Shown here: piece after piece, positions 38,445-51,860 of the stretch
Position numbering within the stretch: the first letter of the stretch is position 1
Layout: every line of letters begins with the position of its first letter
NCBI RefSeq assembly: GCF_006345805.1
Contig: NC_043004.1
Span: 89,962,001 to 90,026,000 of the forward strand
Length of the DNA: 64,000 nt
Direction of reading: 5' to 3'
Source: Octopus sinensis
Lineage: Eukaryota
Translations under genes and position numbers: made by a program
The notes under the pieces: model-generated
What the model saw: the letters and a program-made list of their open reading frames with translations, nothing else
What the model was told of the DNA's origin: nothing
The model's database searches: none

Positions 38445-38536
38445 TGCCTCCAGCATCAGCCACTTTGCCTCCAACATCAGCCACTTTGCCTCCAGCATCA
38501 GCCACTTTGCCTCCAGCATCAGCCACTTTGCCTCCA
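38445..38536. repeat. 21-bp minisatellite (tgcctccagcatcagccactt) x ~4.4
   Basis: Four near-perfect units plus a partial unit. Confidence 0.9.
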
Positions 38537-39135
38537 CGAAACCTAAGCAATAAAATACATACATGAACTTCAGTATGTACAGATATATTGCATATCCAAA
38601 TATAAAATAAACTACTGATAAATTATAAAAAAAAAAAAGAATACCAGCAATTTATAATTTCAACACAACAACCTGATAGCAACACACTGTTAACATGTTT
38701 CTAGAGAGAGATTAGCAAGTGAAATTCCAGTCATTTGACAGAAAAAAATAACAGACACTCCTTGTTGTTTAGGGTGTCAAATATAAATAGAAAACAAAGA
38801 ATCCATATATAATATAAGGATTGGTTTCAAGTAGATTAGTTTAATGTCCTGAAACAGAAAGATTGACACAAATATTAAAACATAATTATTTGAAAATTAT
38901 TTTATATATTGTTTATTTTTGTTTATGACATAGCAGAATGGCAGTGCTCGTGTTATGTTTTAGAACCTGTGAGACTGGTGAGAGAGGAAGTGATGCTGAA
39001 ACATAAGGTCTGATTCAAATGCTAACAACAGAGTGGGCTTCACTAAAGGTACCCAAGAGCCAGATGATGGTGCAAAACTGAGCAACAGATTAAGACTGCC
39101 ACCTAAGAAAAGAAAAAAGACCCTTCTAATAGGCT

Positions 39136-39349
39136 ACTCTCTCTCTCTTTACTCTTTTACTTGTTTCAGTCATTTGACTGCGGCCACGCTGGAGCACCGC
39201 CTTTAGTCAAGCAAATCGACCCCGGGACTTATTCTTTGTGAGCCTAGTACTTATTCTATCGGTCTCTTTTGCTGAACCACTGAGTGACGGCGACGTAAAC
39301 ACACCAGCATCGGTTGTCAAGCGATGTTGGGGGGACAAACACAGACACA

Positions 39350-39423
<74 letters not shown>

Positions 39424-39588
39424 CACGACAGGCTTCTTTCAGTTTCCGTCTACCAAATCCACTCACAAGGCTTTGGTCGGCCCGAGGCTATAGTAGAAGA
39501 CACTTGCCCAAAGTGCCATGCAGTGGGACTGAACCCGGAACCATGTGGTTCGTAAGCAAGCTAATTACCACACAGCCACCCCTGCGCC
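39136..39588 (-). mobile_element. SINE family A
   Basis: Full-length reverse copy. Confidence 0.88.
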
Positions 39589-40749
39589 TATATATAATTT
39601 CTGCTGATCATTTCCTCATAAGGCTTTGGTCAAAGCTATGACAGAAGAAACTTGCCCAAGGTCCTACACAGAGGAAAAGTATATATGTTAATATTCTTAT
39701 CAAATAATAACTACTTACATAAATTTAGACAATGAAAAATTTACTGGATAAAACATTGTTCTGTAATTAAAAAGATTTCCTCTAACTATAACCAATGGAT
39801 TAGATTCTGTTCCTGATCTAGCCATTTGATTAGTAACAAAAAGTTAATGATAGCATATCAACCCATTTAGTTAAAGAGATTGCAAATAATTAATAAAACG
39901 ATACAGAAATCAGAAAAAGAACATTATTTGTAAGTATGACATAAATAATTGGCAGAGCAAAATATCAGTTTATGCAAAGTTAATCTCTACAGCTATAAGA
40001 GAGTGATCAATTTCACTAACATGTAACTACCAACAGTAAAACTTATCCTTTAAAGAAATCTTCAGAGATGGAAAACTTTTCTCCAGCCAAAAAGAGAATC
40101 CAGTCTCCTTATCAATTTTTTTTCCAGTCACTCCAACTGCTCTAATTGTCCTTTAACTTTCACACGGTCAAAATACACATGTGTAAAAATATCTTCTTCA
40201 CTGAAAATTCATCTAGCACTTTCAGTTTAGTTTGAAGTATAATGTTGCTTTAAGATTAAATGAATACAACACTATGAAGGTGACACAAATGTGTATTTGA
40301 TACTGGGACTTATCACAGGAGCATTGTACTGTCAATAAAATATTAATTCGACAAATGTAAACCTAGAAAGAAGAAAAACTTGAGTTACTGAAATTACACC
40401 ATCTAAAAACTATAAAATAGATCACTTAAATGGAACAATTCTTTTAATCAATATTATAAAAAATTCTGAGTAAAAGAACTGAAAATTAGACCACTCCATT
40501 AGCACACAGTAATTAAGAAGTATACAAAATGGTAAGAAAAGTAAAATAAGTAATTTTTTCTCAAAATAGGTATGTTTCAAATTTTTTTTCAGCTTAAAAA
40601 TGTTTTTAAATGACAAAAAAAAAATATATAGGTGGGAAACCAGAATCAGCAAATTCACTCCCTTGGTGGTAGACAAAATTTACCCCAGTTTGGGAACCTG
40701 TCCTAAAATCTATTGTTATGGAGCTGGATTTCAAGGTGATTTAAGTAGG

Positions 40750-41140
40750 GTGGGAGTAGCTGTGCAGCAGTGTATGAAAAATGTTAGGAAGGTGTGTGTA
40801 TGATGTTACCTATATATGAGTTAGTATGTTTTATGGAGGTGTAGAAATATCATTCAGGTTGAAAACAGTACTTAGAGAACAGATTCTTGTAGTACACCAG
40901 TTGGGAAATTACAGATTCCAGAAGAGTTGGTAATAGGGGCATGATGGCCTGACAGATAGTTTAATAGCCAGTTTTTTTTTTTTTGTATTGATTCTTAAGG
41001 AGGTGTTGTGTATTTGTATATGAACTGATACTAGGGAAAAGACTAAAAAGCTTTGTTGACATTGATGCTAGTGAGAATGATACACAAAGGAGGATTGTGT
41101 TTTTGTTTAACTGACTGCCTCAACTTCCATTTTGAGAAGA
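40750..41140 (-). mobile_element. Heavily decayed non-LTR RT fragment (Jockey/CR1-like)
   Basis: Remnant FPTGVLQESVL...FNLNDISTPP resembles the GVPQGSVL..LFNLY.ND motif. Confidence 0.4.
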
Positions 41141-41536
41141 TGGGCTTCATTTAAGTAGAAAATTAGCTACAAGTCATTGACAGAGCTATGAAAATATGTA
41201 AAACACTCCAGAATTGTAATTTAATGCATGCACATTCACTTATGTAGACTATATGTATGAACATAAATGTAAGTTAAACATACAGTTCACAGATGCAATT
41301 ATATCCAAGATTTCACACATACATATGTATGTAGGCATGCATACACATATGCATATGTACATGCAAACACATTCACACACACATACATACACACAAACAC
41401 ATACACATGACGATTGTTCCATCTTCACAGGTGAATACTGTCTCTCTGAGCTTCCTCATTGCCAATGGCATATCTGACATTCTATCCATGACCTCACAGT
41501 TAATCACCATAAAAATCCATGTAATTTGCGCACCGG

Positions 41537-41931
41537 CGTAATTTATGCAGGTGATTTTCAGGATAAAAATTGTTAAAAAAAGCTTCCACTCACATAAAAT
41601 TTGCACCCAAAAGTTTTCAGAATTGCCAATATGACCAGGGGGAAAAGGTTTTCAATTTAGTTGTATTTAGCATAACTTTACTTACTTATAATTAGATTTT
41701 ATTAAATTTTCATTGAATAAAAATAAATTCGTTTTAACAGGTATCACGTTGAAAGCTACTAAATTATGAAGTGTTTGCGTTGTTTATAATAAACTTTATT
41801 TTACATTTCTTGCCCACAAGAGATTACGTCAAATCATATTGGCAATTCTGAAAACTTTTGGGTGCAAATTTTACATGAGTGGAACCTTTTTTTAACAATT
41901 TTTATCCCGAAAATCACCTACATGAGTTACG
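41537..41931. mobile_element. MITE with ~98-bp TIRs
   Basis: cgtaatttatgcaggtgattttc...gaattgccaatatga (41537-41634) versus tcatattggcaattc...gaaaatcacctacatgagttacg (41834-41931); differences are mostly transitions. Confidence 0.8.
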
Positions 41932-42139
41932 ACCCCTTATACGTTTATCTAATCACAAAAATGTTTTGAAGTCCCATAAAATCTTATATAATCTCACATA
42001 ATCTCATCCAACATGGAAACCAATTACGAACATTCTAAAGTGGAATGCTTTAAAAATTATTTTCTACATGAAATCATTGGTAGCTTTGTTAATTCACAGA
42101 TAAAAAATATATATATTGACCAACTGCAGTGTTAAGGGA

Positions 42140-43130
42140 GAAAAAGTTAGAGATACATAACTGGAAGTTTTTACAGTATAACTTACTAAGGGTGACAGAC
42201 TGAATCTGTGGCTGGAGTAAAGCTTCAGTCAGACCAAGGGTGACATGATGGTGGTGGAACAATGAGGTTGACAGGGCCGTAAACAAGAAGAGACAGGTTT
42301 GAAAAGAGTGGAAAGATGAAGATAGTAAAGAACCATATCAGGTTGCTAAATGGGAAACTAAGCAACAGGTTTATGTAGCAAGAGCAGAAGCAGAAAAGGA
42401 AGAAGTTTGCCAATGTCTTACAGCATGAGGATCAGAGATGTGAGGCGCTCCTGATTGCTTAAGCAGTGTATCAGAGAGAATTGAGATGTTGTGGATGAGA
42501 AGTGTGTACAGATGGATAATGGTATGCTTGCGGCGAGCTGGTAGAAACATTAGCACACCGGGCGAAATGCTTAGCGGTATTTCATCTGCGTTACGTTGTG
42601 AGTTCGAATTCTGCCGGGCGAAATGCTTAGCGGTATTTCGTCTGCGTTACATTGTGAGTTCGAATTCCACCGAGGTCGACTTTGCCTTTCATCCTTTCGG
42701 GGTCGATAAATCAAGTACCAGTTACGCACTGGGGTCGATGTAATCGACTTAATACCTATGGCTGTCCTTGTTTGTCCCCTCTGTGTTTAGCCCCTTGTGG
42801 GTAATAAAGAGATAGGTATGCTTGCCCTAAGAAGAAAGAGCCATGGAAGTGAATGGTTAATGAATATGGAGAATGAATGGGAGAAAGGGAGTCTTCCCAA
42901 TGTGAATGCAAAAAAAGGGACCCGCTATCCTAGTTAACGGCAGTATAATAGATAATGTAATTAAGGATGAGACAGGGAAAGTTCATGGTCCATCAGGAAT
43001 TACTGATATTAAAATATCTGATGGTGTAAGATATGGTCTATTCATCTTTATAGTTAATCAAGTTATTCAGGAAGGGGTCATCCCCCAATGACTGGTATAG
43101 CAGCATAATAGTCAGCTGTTAGAACTATGA
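42140..43130 (+). mobile_element. Decayed RTE LINE interrupted by a SINE B
   Basis: Similar to 16.5-17.1 kb (NVENEWEKGSLPNV, QEGVIPNDW remnants). Confidence 0.65.
42532..42814 (+). mobile_element. SINE family B with duplicated head and 11-bp TSD (ggtatgcttgc)
   Basis: TSD at 42521-42531 and 42815-42825; segment ccgggcgaaatgcttagcggtatttc...gagttcgaattc occurs twice. Confidence 0.88.
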
Positions 43131-43422
43131 TGGAATTACTACATTTTGCTTTGTGTGTATGAATATTCGATTTTTCCAATCGGGGGTATTGCTGAAGAAT
43201 ACACATGATGAAAGTCGCTAATGGGAGTGTGAAGAAATAAATAATAATGCTAAAATAATAGGAAAATAAGAAAATTATATTCAACATTCCCCAAATATTA
43301 TACAGGTTTGATTAGTTTTAATATGTTGTAGTCATTATTCTACATTATGTAATTTTCTACAATAAATGCTCTAATTTCACAAGTGTTGTACATGTATATG
43401 TATTCAAAATTACCAACATATA

Positions 43423-43455
<33 letters not shown>

Positions 43456-43461
<6 letters not shown>

Positions 43462-43676
43462 CGAGAGTAAAGGAATTTTGTTAACATCTTCATTCAACTC
43501 CATTCTTTCATTTATTCATATACAACACGCAAATTTCTACACATGAACCCGGAGTTTCTACCCTTGACAGGTCGCTTCAACCGTGTTTTCTGACGTGAAT
43601 TTGCTACCCAGGTTTCGGTTAAATGAATTTTCCATGCTGACGATAAACATAGGATAATTCATTCACCTACTTAAAT
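43456..43676 (+). mobile_element. Family 2 hammerhead-element copy lacking the ribozyme body
   Basis: Reverse complement of 3040-3240, beginning gtgtgTC-GAGAGTAAAGG; (TA)n on both sides. Confidence 0.75.
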
Positions 43677-45522
43677 ATATATATATATATATATAGGTGT
43701 ATGAACTTACAAATAGGCTACATACATTTTCTAAAGGTTTTCAAGGGGACATTAGGTTTAGATTATGCAAAAGCTGCACATTTACATCTTATTTGACATA
43801 TTCTGTGTAAAAGTTATAAATGTACATTTTCACATTCACTGCAACAGTTCCTGAAGAACAATATTTCTAATACAGATATCAACATATAGGAGGCATCAAC
43901 ATATATATATATATATATATATATTGTTATATATATATATAAATTTATAACAAAAGGAACAAGAATGGAGAAAATCACATATTTAATTGATGATTACATC
44001 ATATGTTACCAACAATCATTTGTATAAGCTAACACAATGTTATCATGATAACAAAACAGGTCAAATTTAAAACGAACAGAAATAGTATCTATAATACTTG
44101 AGTGCATCCAAAAAGAATGTTAAGAAGAATTATAACATTCTAAGAAAAGCCAGTTTAATATTTACACTTATATTAACATCAGTAGATAATGAAAAAATAA
44201 ACATAGTAATTCTATATCACAACATTTAGTTATCTACCTATTTATTCATAATACAAGAAGCGCATACAAAAAGAACGTTAAACTTATAATAATGTCGGTA
44301 GATAATGAAAGAATAACAAATAAGCATAGAAATTCTAAATCACAACATTTAGTTATCTAGCTATTTATGTATGCTAAAAAATTTTGAAAAATTATGCTTA
44401 TTAGATCATAGGAAAAGCAATTCTAATTAAGGTGTCATTTACTACTGAAATACTTAACTGTTTTTCTTTATTTATGGAAACATTTCAACATAAGACTGGT
44501 TCTACAATTTAATAATCTTAATTTTGAAGTAATTATGTAATACATTTTACTTTTTTGTTATATGTTGTTGTTATAATTTCAGCCAAATTTCTGGTGGTTG
44601 AATAGGAAAATTTTACTCAATGGCAAGTAATTCTCCATACTTACTTTAAGGTAGGAAATATTTACCCAGTGTTGCAAAGAATTTCCAAGGAATATTAGTA
44701 TATACGTACGTAGTATGTATGTATGTACGTATGTATGTATGTATGTATGTGTGTATGTATGTACGTACATATATACATTAGTTCAGGCTATGTAGCTGTT
44801 AATACTGTCAAAGCGACATAAGTTATATTATCTTTAAGTCCATGTGTTGCAGACAGGATGTTAGCATCACTTTATCAGCATTCTACAGGATGGTATATTC
44901 AAAGACACTATTTCATTACAGTGAATACCACAAGATGTTAGTATCAATCATTCAATTAGTCATCGATGCGTGTGCCTTAGTGACGACGGCTGCAAGTGGG
45001 CAGGTAACCAATTTGATGATGTCAAGTTACAAATCAGATTGCATGATCAACATGCATAGACTATGGTCTCTATGAGCAGTAGCAGTTGTATATCCTGCCC
45101 TTCCTTGTGTATGGGCCAACAAAATTTAGGATGGTATATTCAGTTATCAGCAGTTAGAAGCTTGAAGTTCATTAAAAGAGCTTACCTTTGGTGGCAACAA
45201 GAAAGCTTATTTTTTTCTATTGGTGGATGATGCGGGCTGGTGGAGTTATGTGCAGTTTCTCAAAGAGATACAGCTAACAATTATGAGCTCAAGGTGAGTA
45301 AGGAAGTGTTTTGTTAAAGATGCTCCATGTGATATTAGAAAAGTCTTTTCGATTGTTCCGGAGCTTCAAATGAAGGAAGTGGAGCATATCTTGCCCCTGC
45401 ACTCGAAGGAGTGCATATATTTCATGTAACTTCTCTTGTGAGAGTGAAATGGATGGGTGAGAAAGTTGACAACTATGTGAATGAGATCAAATATAAACAA
45501 GCCAGGTTCCTAACAATGCTGT

Positions 45523-45768
45523 GAAAGGTAGGAGAGTACAGTTTGCTGGACATTGTTGTAGAGCTGAAAAAGAAGTAATTTCTACTCTTCTCCTCTGGAA
45601 GCCATCTACTCGCAATACCAGAGGGCGCACACTCTCCTACCCTGATGTAATCTCCAGGGATACAGGCATCCAGCAACAGGACCTCCGTAATGCCATGATG
45701 GACCGTGAAGTCTGGCGTAGCATGGTAAATTCCATTGTCTCGACCACGGTCGAACAATGATGATGATG
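45523..45768 (+). mobile_element. 5'-truncated RTEX/RTE-type LINE 3' end with (TGA)n tail and 11-bp TSD
   Basis: RVQFAGHCCRAEKEVISTLLLWKP...DREVWR; TSD aacaatgctgt at 45512-45522 and 45769-45779. Confidence 0.85.
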
Positions 45769-47072
45769 AACAATGCTGTCTTGGTGGCAGATCTGCAAAC
45801 TAATAGCAGCAGATTCAAAACATGTCAGGCTATGGGAGTTTCCAGCCGATGAAATGCTGGACTAAAGAGATTCCACCTGTACTTCATCTAGATTTAAAAT
45901 TGTGATATGTTCTACATGGCAAAGTTGAAAATGCTAATCTTTCTGAAGCCATATTAATCCATAACTAATTTATTTTACACAGTATAATGTATGAATTGAA
46001 TGAAAATGACATAATGCTTTCACATTAGCCAGCAGATTTCAGTTTTGCCAAAGCTTTCAGTTTCACTAACAGTTACTAATTGACGATATTACTTTGTGTA
46101 GGAAGTGGGGAAGTGATAAAGAAAAAAAGAAAAAATAAGGGTAAAGATGAAAGGATAACAATGAAAATGACAAAATAGAGAAAAAAATGTGAAGTGTAAG
46201 TGGTAGTGGTTGTTATTCAGGTTAAGCAGAATGGATGCCAAAGGAAGATAAAGGTCAGAGAGAAAGAAGGTACTGTTGATGCAAAATCCCCTAAAGAAGG
46301 TTTTGTGAGTGAGTGAGTGAAAGTGTGTGTGTGTGTGTGCGTGCGTGCGTGTGTGCATGTTTGTGTGTGTATGGTTCCTAGACTATACAATTGATGTTGA
46401 AGCTTAAGTAGAATATAAATATGATTTGATATGGAAATATTAATAATGAATTAATCATAGAAAATGTAATGGGTCATCAGCATCAGTGCTATTGAAGTGG
46501 ACATCTGTATGAAGCCAATTAAAACGGAGTAATTAATGGAGTGCAACCATAAGAAGGACTTAGTCTTTCATGTGGTTTTTATAACTACTGGAAATTAAAT
46601 TCTACAGTTGTTTATAGAAAATGTTCAAAAATCATACTAAGAAAGTAGTGGTTTTAATTTACAGAGTTATTATAGCTACTGTTTCATAGTTAATACTAGT
46701 TTATTATGAGTTTCACGCAAACAAAATAGATTGTTTCACACTAACAACAACACACTGTCAGCAAATAGAACCAGAGGAAAGATTCAATGCAAATGCCAAT
46801 TGAAATAATTGAAGGGCTTTCGTTGAGACTGAGAAATTGAAATAGAATGAGTAAGACTACTAAAGTTTAAGTTAGTGTTGAAAGCTTCAGAAAATCTTGC
46901 TAATGTTGCTGTTACTGCTACACATAGTAAGTTGCTTCTCTTGTTTGGTATCTACTTATAGCTAGGTCATCATGACCATTTAAGAGAGTTAAGTATCATA
47001 GCAGCACTATTTGTGGAATATGATTATTTGTCCAATTCCTTGGACAAACAGCCATATTCCAATAGTAGCACT

Positions 47073-47228
47073 CACTAGTGTAGTTAGAGTGTGTGCCGCC
47101 TGGGGTGGCTCTTCAGTTTGCTGCACCCAGGCACCACAAAAAATACATGTTGCATACAGCAGACCCAAAAGTGGTGCCGCCTGGGGAGGACCGCCCCATA
47201 CACCTCCCCCCCTCTAACTATGTTAGTG
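47073..47228. mobile_element. hAT-type MITE (17-bp TIR, 8-bp TSD)
   Basis: TIRs cactagtgtagttagag / ctctaactatgttagtg; flanks gtagcact / gcagcact; two internal tgccgcctgggg motifs. Confidence 0.7.
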
Positions 47229-48873
47229 GCAGCACTTGATATGAAACTCTTGATTGGTTGTCCAATATCTAATCAAGTCAATCAACCAGAATATCATCAA
47301 AATCAGTTAAAGACAGTGATGTGTAGAAAGATTTTATTGACTACATATTTCACAACTGTTCTAGTTTTATTTATTGTACAACCAAAGTACCTAAGTGGAT
47401 AAGGCACCAGCTGATCATGGGTTTAAGTCCTCTGTAACCATAAAGTCAAAGGTTTGGCACTGTCCATCTCGGCCAAATCACTCAATTTGCAGCACACTGA
47501 CAATCTATCCTAGATGAAAAATATGTCAATGGTTTAACATCCTGTAAAGTGAACTACAGGAACTTTCAGGAAACTATAGAGGAAATATCTAGAAAGAATA
47601 CCAGCAAAAAAAAATAAAAACACAGGAAAAAGAAAATAATTGGAAAATGTAATTAGTTAAATGCTGAAGTATTTATTTCTTTTTTAAGGGCATGATTTGA
47701 AGGAAGCATTGTGTCCCATTGAGGCTTCAGATATAGACAGAAAGAAGTGAAATAAAAGGAGTGAAGGAAAGGAGTGTTTGAATCCATTTCTAATAGCTGG
47801 TAGAGTAATAGATATTTCTCAGTTCGTTGAAAAGTGTTTTATATGTTGACAGGAGTCAATGGAAGTCAAAGGTGTGTGTACATGATAACATTATATTAAT
47901 GATAATGTTCAGTGGACCTCAGGAAACAAAGGATGCTAAAAGAGATTTAAGTAAATAGTTTTCTTAATTAGGCACTTCCTTCTTAACTGTTTTAAATCCC
48001 TGAAGGTGTCATAGGGAAATTAAACTCCAGACAATTCTACTGGTTTCAGCATCTCTTGGGAAAAAGTTACATATGTATTTCACAATAGACATACAATGTA
48101 TTATATCATGTGTATAAAATATAATATGCTGGTCTTAGATCTTAACAACTGAATCCACCTAGCTATCCATAGAAATTGCAGACGATATAATATAATGCTG
48201 TAAGTAGTAATAGCACTATTCTATTGACAAATATTTTGTTGGCCAACAACTCTGAATTCAATTGCTCTGGCAAAACCGATCCTGCATTCTATCATTCTAT
48301 AGATCAGCATTCTATAGAGGCAAAGATTTAAACCTCATTCACTTAATATTATAGAGACCATCCTTTGTGGATCCTCATGTGTGACTTTTTTCTTACACAA
48401 GTTAATCTATTTTATGTCAACACAGTCTTGTTGAGAAGATTGTTTGGGATTAAAACCAGAGTTAATCAAACATTAAATAAGAAAGCAAACAATTATACCT
48501 GTTATAGTACACCTGGGTAAAGTACTCCTTTAATGTTATCTATGTTATTGAGGTTAATTATATCTGGTACCAGACAGCATATAATGTAGTCTATTGTATA
48601 TATATATATATAAACACACTTGGTAAAAATTAGTTTGGATTAAAACTCAAAAGTTTCGTGGGGAATATACTGGGGTGTTTCTTGTCTATTCTAGGATCAT
48701 CACACTCATCACTCTCAGTTAATGAAACATTCATTATACATTGTTATTCAAACTATTAGCTATTGAAATAAAGTGATTACAACCAAAAATCAAAGTTTGG
48801 GCATGGATTCTGTCAAGTTCACCAATATCATAACAACCACAAATGTTTAGCCTAGTTTCATTTTATACAAGTA

Positions 48874-49836
48874 CTAGCAGAAATACCCAGTGTTGCCCAG
48901 GTTAAAGAGAATAATAAAATTTTAAAATGCCGTCTAGATTACGCAGGTCTCAACTGCTTGTAGCTGAGATACCAACTTTCTACATTAATAACTCTCCAAC
49001 CCATGCCAGCATGGAACATAGACGTTAAATGAAATGTTAAAAGCAAGTTTTCAACTCATATATGTATATAAAGTAAATATAAGTAATACAAAAACACGTT
49101 TTGTGTAGCTTATTTTGTAACCAGGTAAAGATGATAAACAATGAAAGGCCAATTTTGGTGATTCATTTGACAGAAGTAGCAGAAAGACAATCCAATGATA
49201 AATCTGACCTTGGATCTTGAAAGTTTGCATGAATCCTGCTTCAGTTAAATCTCTTGTGGCTCCAAATGATGTCATCTGTAGTGCAGCGTTGTATTGTCTA
49301 ATTTTGTTTTGGAAGTGCTTGGAATCTTGATCAGTTGATGACAACAGTTTCTTCAATGACTCTTGAGGTTGGGGGATTACTGAGAGTTTAACCATTCCAC
49401 TACTACAGCACAAAGCAGGTATCTCTCCTGGCCACTTCTTTGCTTTACAATGTATACACTCGGTTGTCATAATGAACTGCTGGATCATAATTGAAAGCTG
49501 CTTCATAGCAGTTGCTTCTCTGAGCTGTTGCAACTGCTCTTCGTTCTTCAGTGGAGATCCTCTTCCTTGTCAACCGCGCATGCCTCTGTTCATCACTTTG
49601 AGACGCTCTGGCTTTTGTAGTGCACAGTCAGTTCGTTTCTTTGTATGGTTCCCTTCCTGCAGCTGTCTCTCTTTCTCTGGACAGAGACATTCTTTTGGCT
49701 AACCTTGACATTGTAGACGAATTTGACACTTTCCTTCTAGTCATGGTTATATACGTATACAGAAATACACTGGTGCAGAAGGCTCAAATGTGGCAAACAC
49801 AACAGTCCCAATATTTTTAAGGACTTTATTTATACA
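48874..49836 (-). mobile_element. Internally deleted Helitron retaining the RepHel N-terminus
   Basis: CIHCKAKKWPGEIPALCCSSGMVKL...IRQYNAALQMTSFGA...FKIQGQIYH matches the Helitron N-terminal domain. 3' end cctgggcaacactgggtatttctgCTAG|T at 48874; 5' end approximate. Confidence 0.82.
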
Positions 49837-51079
49837 CTAGCTATCAAACTGAAAGCTTCAAAAGCACCCTGACAACTGCATGAAAAAATGAAAGGTGATC
49901 CCTAAGTTCCAAACTCTGCAGTTCTGCTATAATAACCATCAAACTTTAAAAAAGAAACAAGAAGTTTCTAGGACTGGATAACATTGCAACAGAAATGTTG
50001 AAAGAGAGTGACTAACGTCTTTACAAGAGCACTTCATCACTGCATCATAGAGAGACATGTATATACATCAACATGAGAAGGATGCTAACAGTACCACTGT
50101 GTGTGCATGTATTCATGTGCATATGTATGTGTGTGTGCATGCTCATGCGTGTATGTGTGTGTGTGTGTGTGTGTATGCATGTGTTCATGTGTGTGTTTGT
50201 GTTTGTACAAAGGCAAAAAATTTATATCAACATTTGTTAGGCACTTCCTATAGTGTTCTCTAATGTAAGACTTGCTACTACATCCTTTACCTCATGAGTC
50301 AGAAGTTAACTCATTCCATTTATTCTTTCACTGTATAAACTTAATGTCACAGCCTCAAATCATTCAAAATTTATACAAACATCTGTAGAGTACTTTGATG
50401 AAAAATACCCAAGACTAGTAGTGTATATCTAACCCCATGTGACTGATAGCCTTATACTGCTGATTATAGAAGAATTATAATATTTTTTAACACTACATGA
50501 TGAGAGATATAGATCTCAAAACAAATGTTCTGAAGTTAATTTTGATGTATGAGCATCCAGCAATTGAATCAACAAGACAACCAGCTCATTGAATTAGTAT
50601 GTAAAGTGGTTGAGTATTTCATAGACATAATTATCCTTAACATAATTCTCAGACAGAAATAGTGTGATAGAACTGTGACAATGCTTGACCTTTTGAATGA
50701 CAGGTACAGTCAATTCGATAGGCTTCTATACAGTTCTACTTAACCAAATTCACTCAGAAGGCTTGAACCAAACAAAGCTAGAGTGGTGTACTTGCCTAAG
50801 ATACCACACAGTGGAGTCAAACCTGGGACCCCATGATTGTGAAGTGAACTTCTTAACCACTCAGCCACACCTGCCTCCCTCTTCCACTGCACAGATCAAA
50901 TGCTGTAGGCCCAAGTCTCTATCTCACATACACACAGAGTGCTTTGGCCTGGTTTTCATGATTGGATATCCTTCCTAATGCCAACCACTTTACAGCATGT
51001 ACTGGATGCTTTTTTTTCATGGCTCCAGCACTAGTGAGGTTTCCATGCAACCTGCAAAACTAAGATTACCTTTGACAAA

Positions 51080-51860
51080 TAAGAATGAAGGAGCTATATT
51101 CTACTGTTTATAGTCTCGAACCAAAGTTTGGAATCAAGGACAGGGAGTCTATTGTTAGGATGCCTATGGTTACCTTGATACTCAGGTGGATGGAAATAGC
51201 TAGGTGTTGGATGCTCTCCATCGTATTCCTCTCAGCTTCTTTGATATGGCTACATGGTATTGTAAGGCGGTGAGCTGGCAGAATCGTTAACACGCCGGGC
51301 AAAATGTGTAGCCATATTTCATCTGCCATTACGTTCTGAGTTCAAATTCCGCCGAGGTCGACTTTGCCTTTCATCCTTTCTGGGTCGATAAATAAAGTAC
51401 CAGTTTCACACTGGGGTCTATGTAATCGACTTAATCCTTTTGTCTGTCCTTGTTTGTCCCCTCTATGTTTAGCCCTTTGTGGGTAGTAAAGAAATATACA
51501 TGGTATTGTTCTAACCAGAATATTAATGTCATCCACATATCTACAGCATAGTAATATCGCTATTGAGTGTTCACCCAGGAATTGTCTAACTTTTCTATCT
51601 CACCAGGTGAGGAAGAGACCAGCTGTGTCCTCAGCTATACCAAAACTGATGGTAGCTCCTTGAACCTGCATATACAGTTTCTTATTGAACTTGACTATGT
51701 GGTTCTTCAGAGTGATTTTTATGCTAGCACCAATGGTGTGAGCAATCATCTTTCTCACCTGATTGCTGTTCTCTGGGTCTTGGGTGGCTATAGTCCAGTT
51801 ACTGCAGCATCCTGTGGTGCTCTTTTTCACTGTTGATGTGATGGTGGATGTCTTCTCTGT
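51080..51860 (-). mobile_element. Penelope-like RT remnant interrupted by a SINE B
   Basis: LKNHIVKFNKKLYMQVQG and RYVDDINILV (YVDD catalytic motif near 51530). Confidence 0.7.
51264..51496 (+). mobile_element. SINE family B with 13-bp TSD (tacatggtattgt)
   Basis: TSD at 51251-51263 and 51497-51509. Confidence 0.88.

Noticed and set aside
38445-38536. Regular 21-bp repeats as a CRISPR-like array
   Set aside because: Contiguous units with no spacers; an ordinary minisatellite in a eukaryotic context.
43186-43226. CUGAAGA...GAAA motif
   Set aside because: Stem II is broken and there is no NUH triplet compatible with stem I.
44093-44370. Diverged ~125-bp tandem duplication
   Set aside because: AT-rich, decayed local duplication with no further structure.
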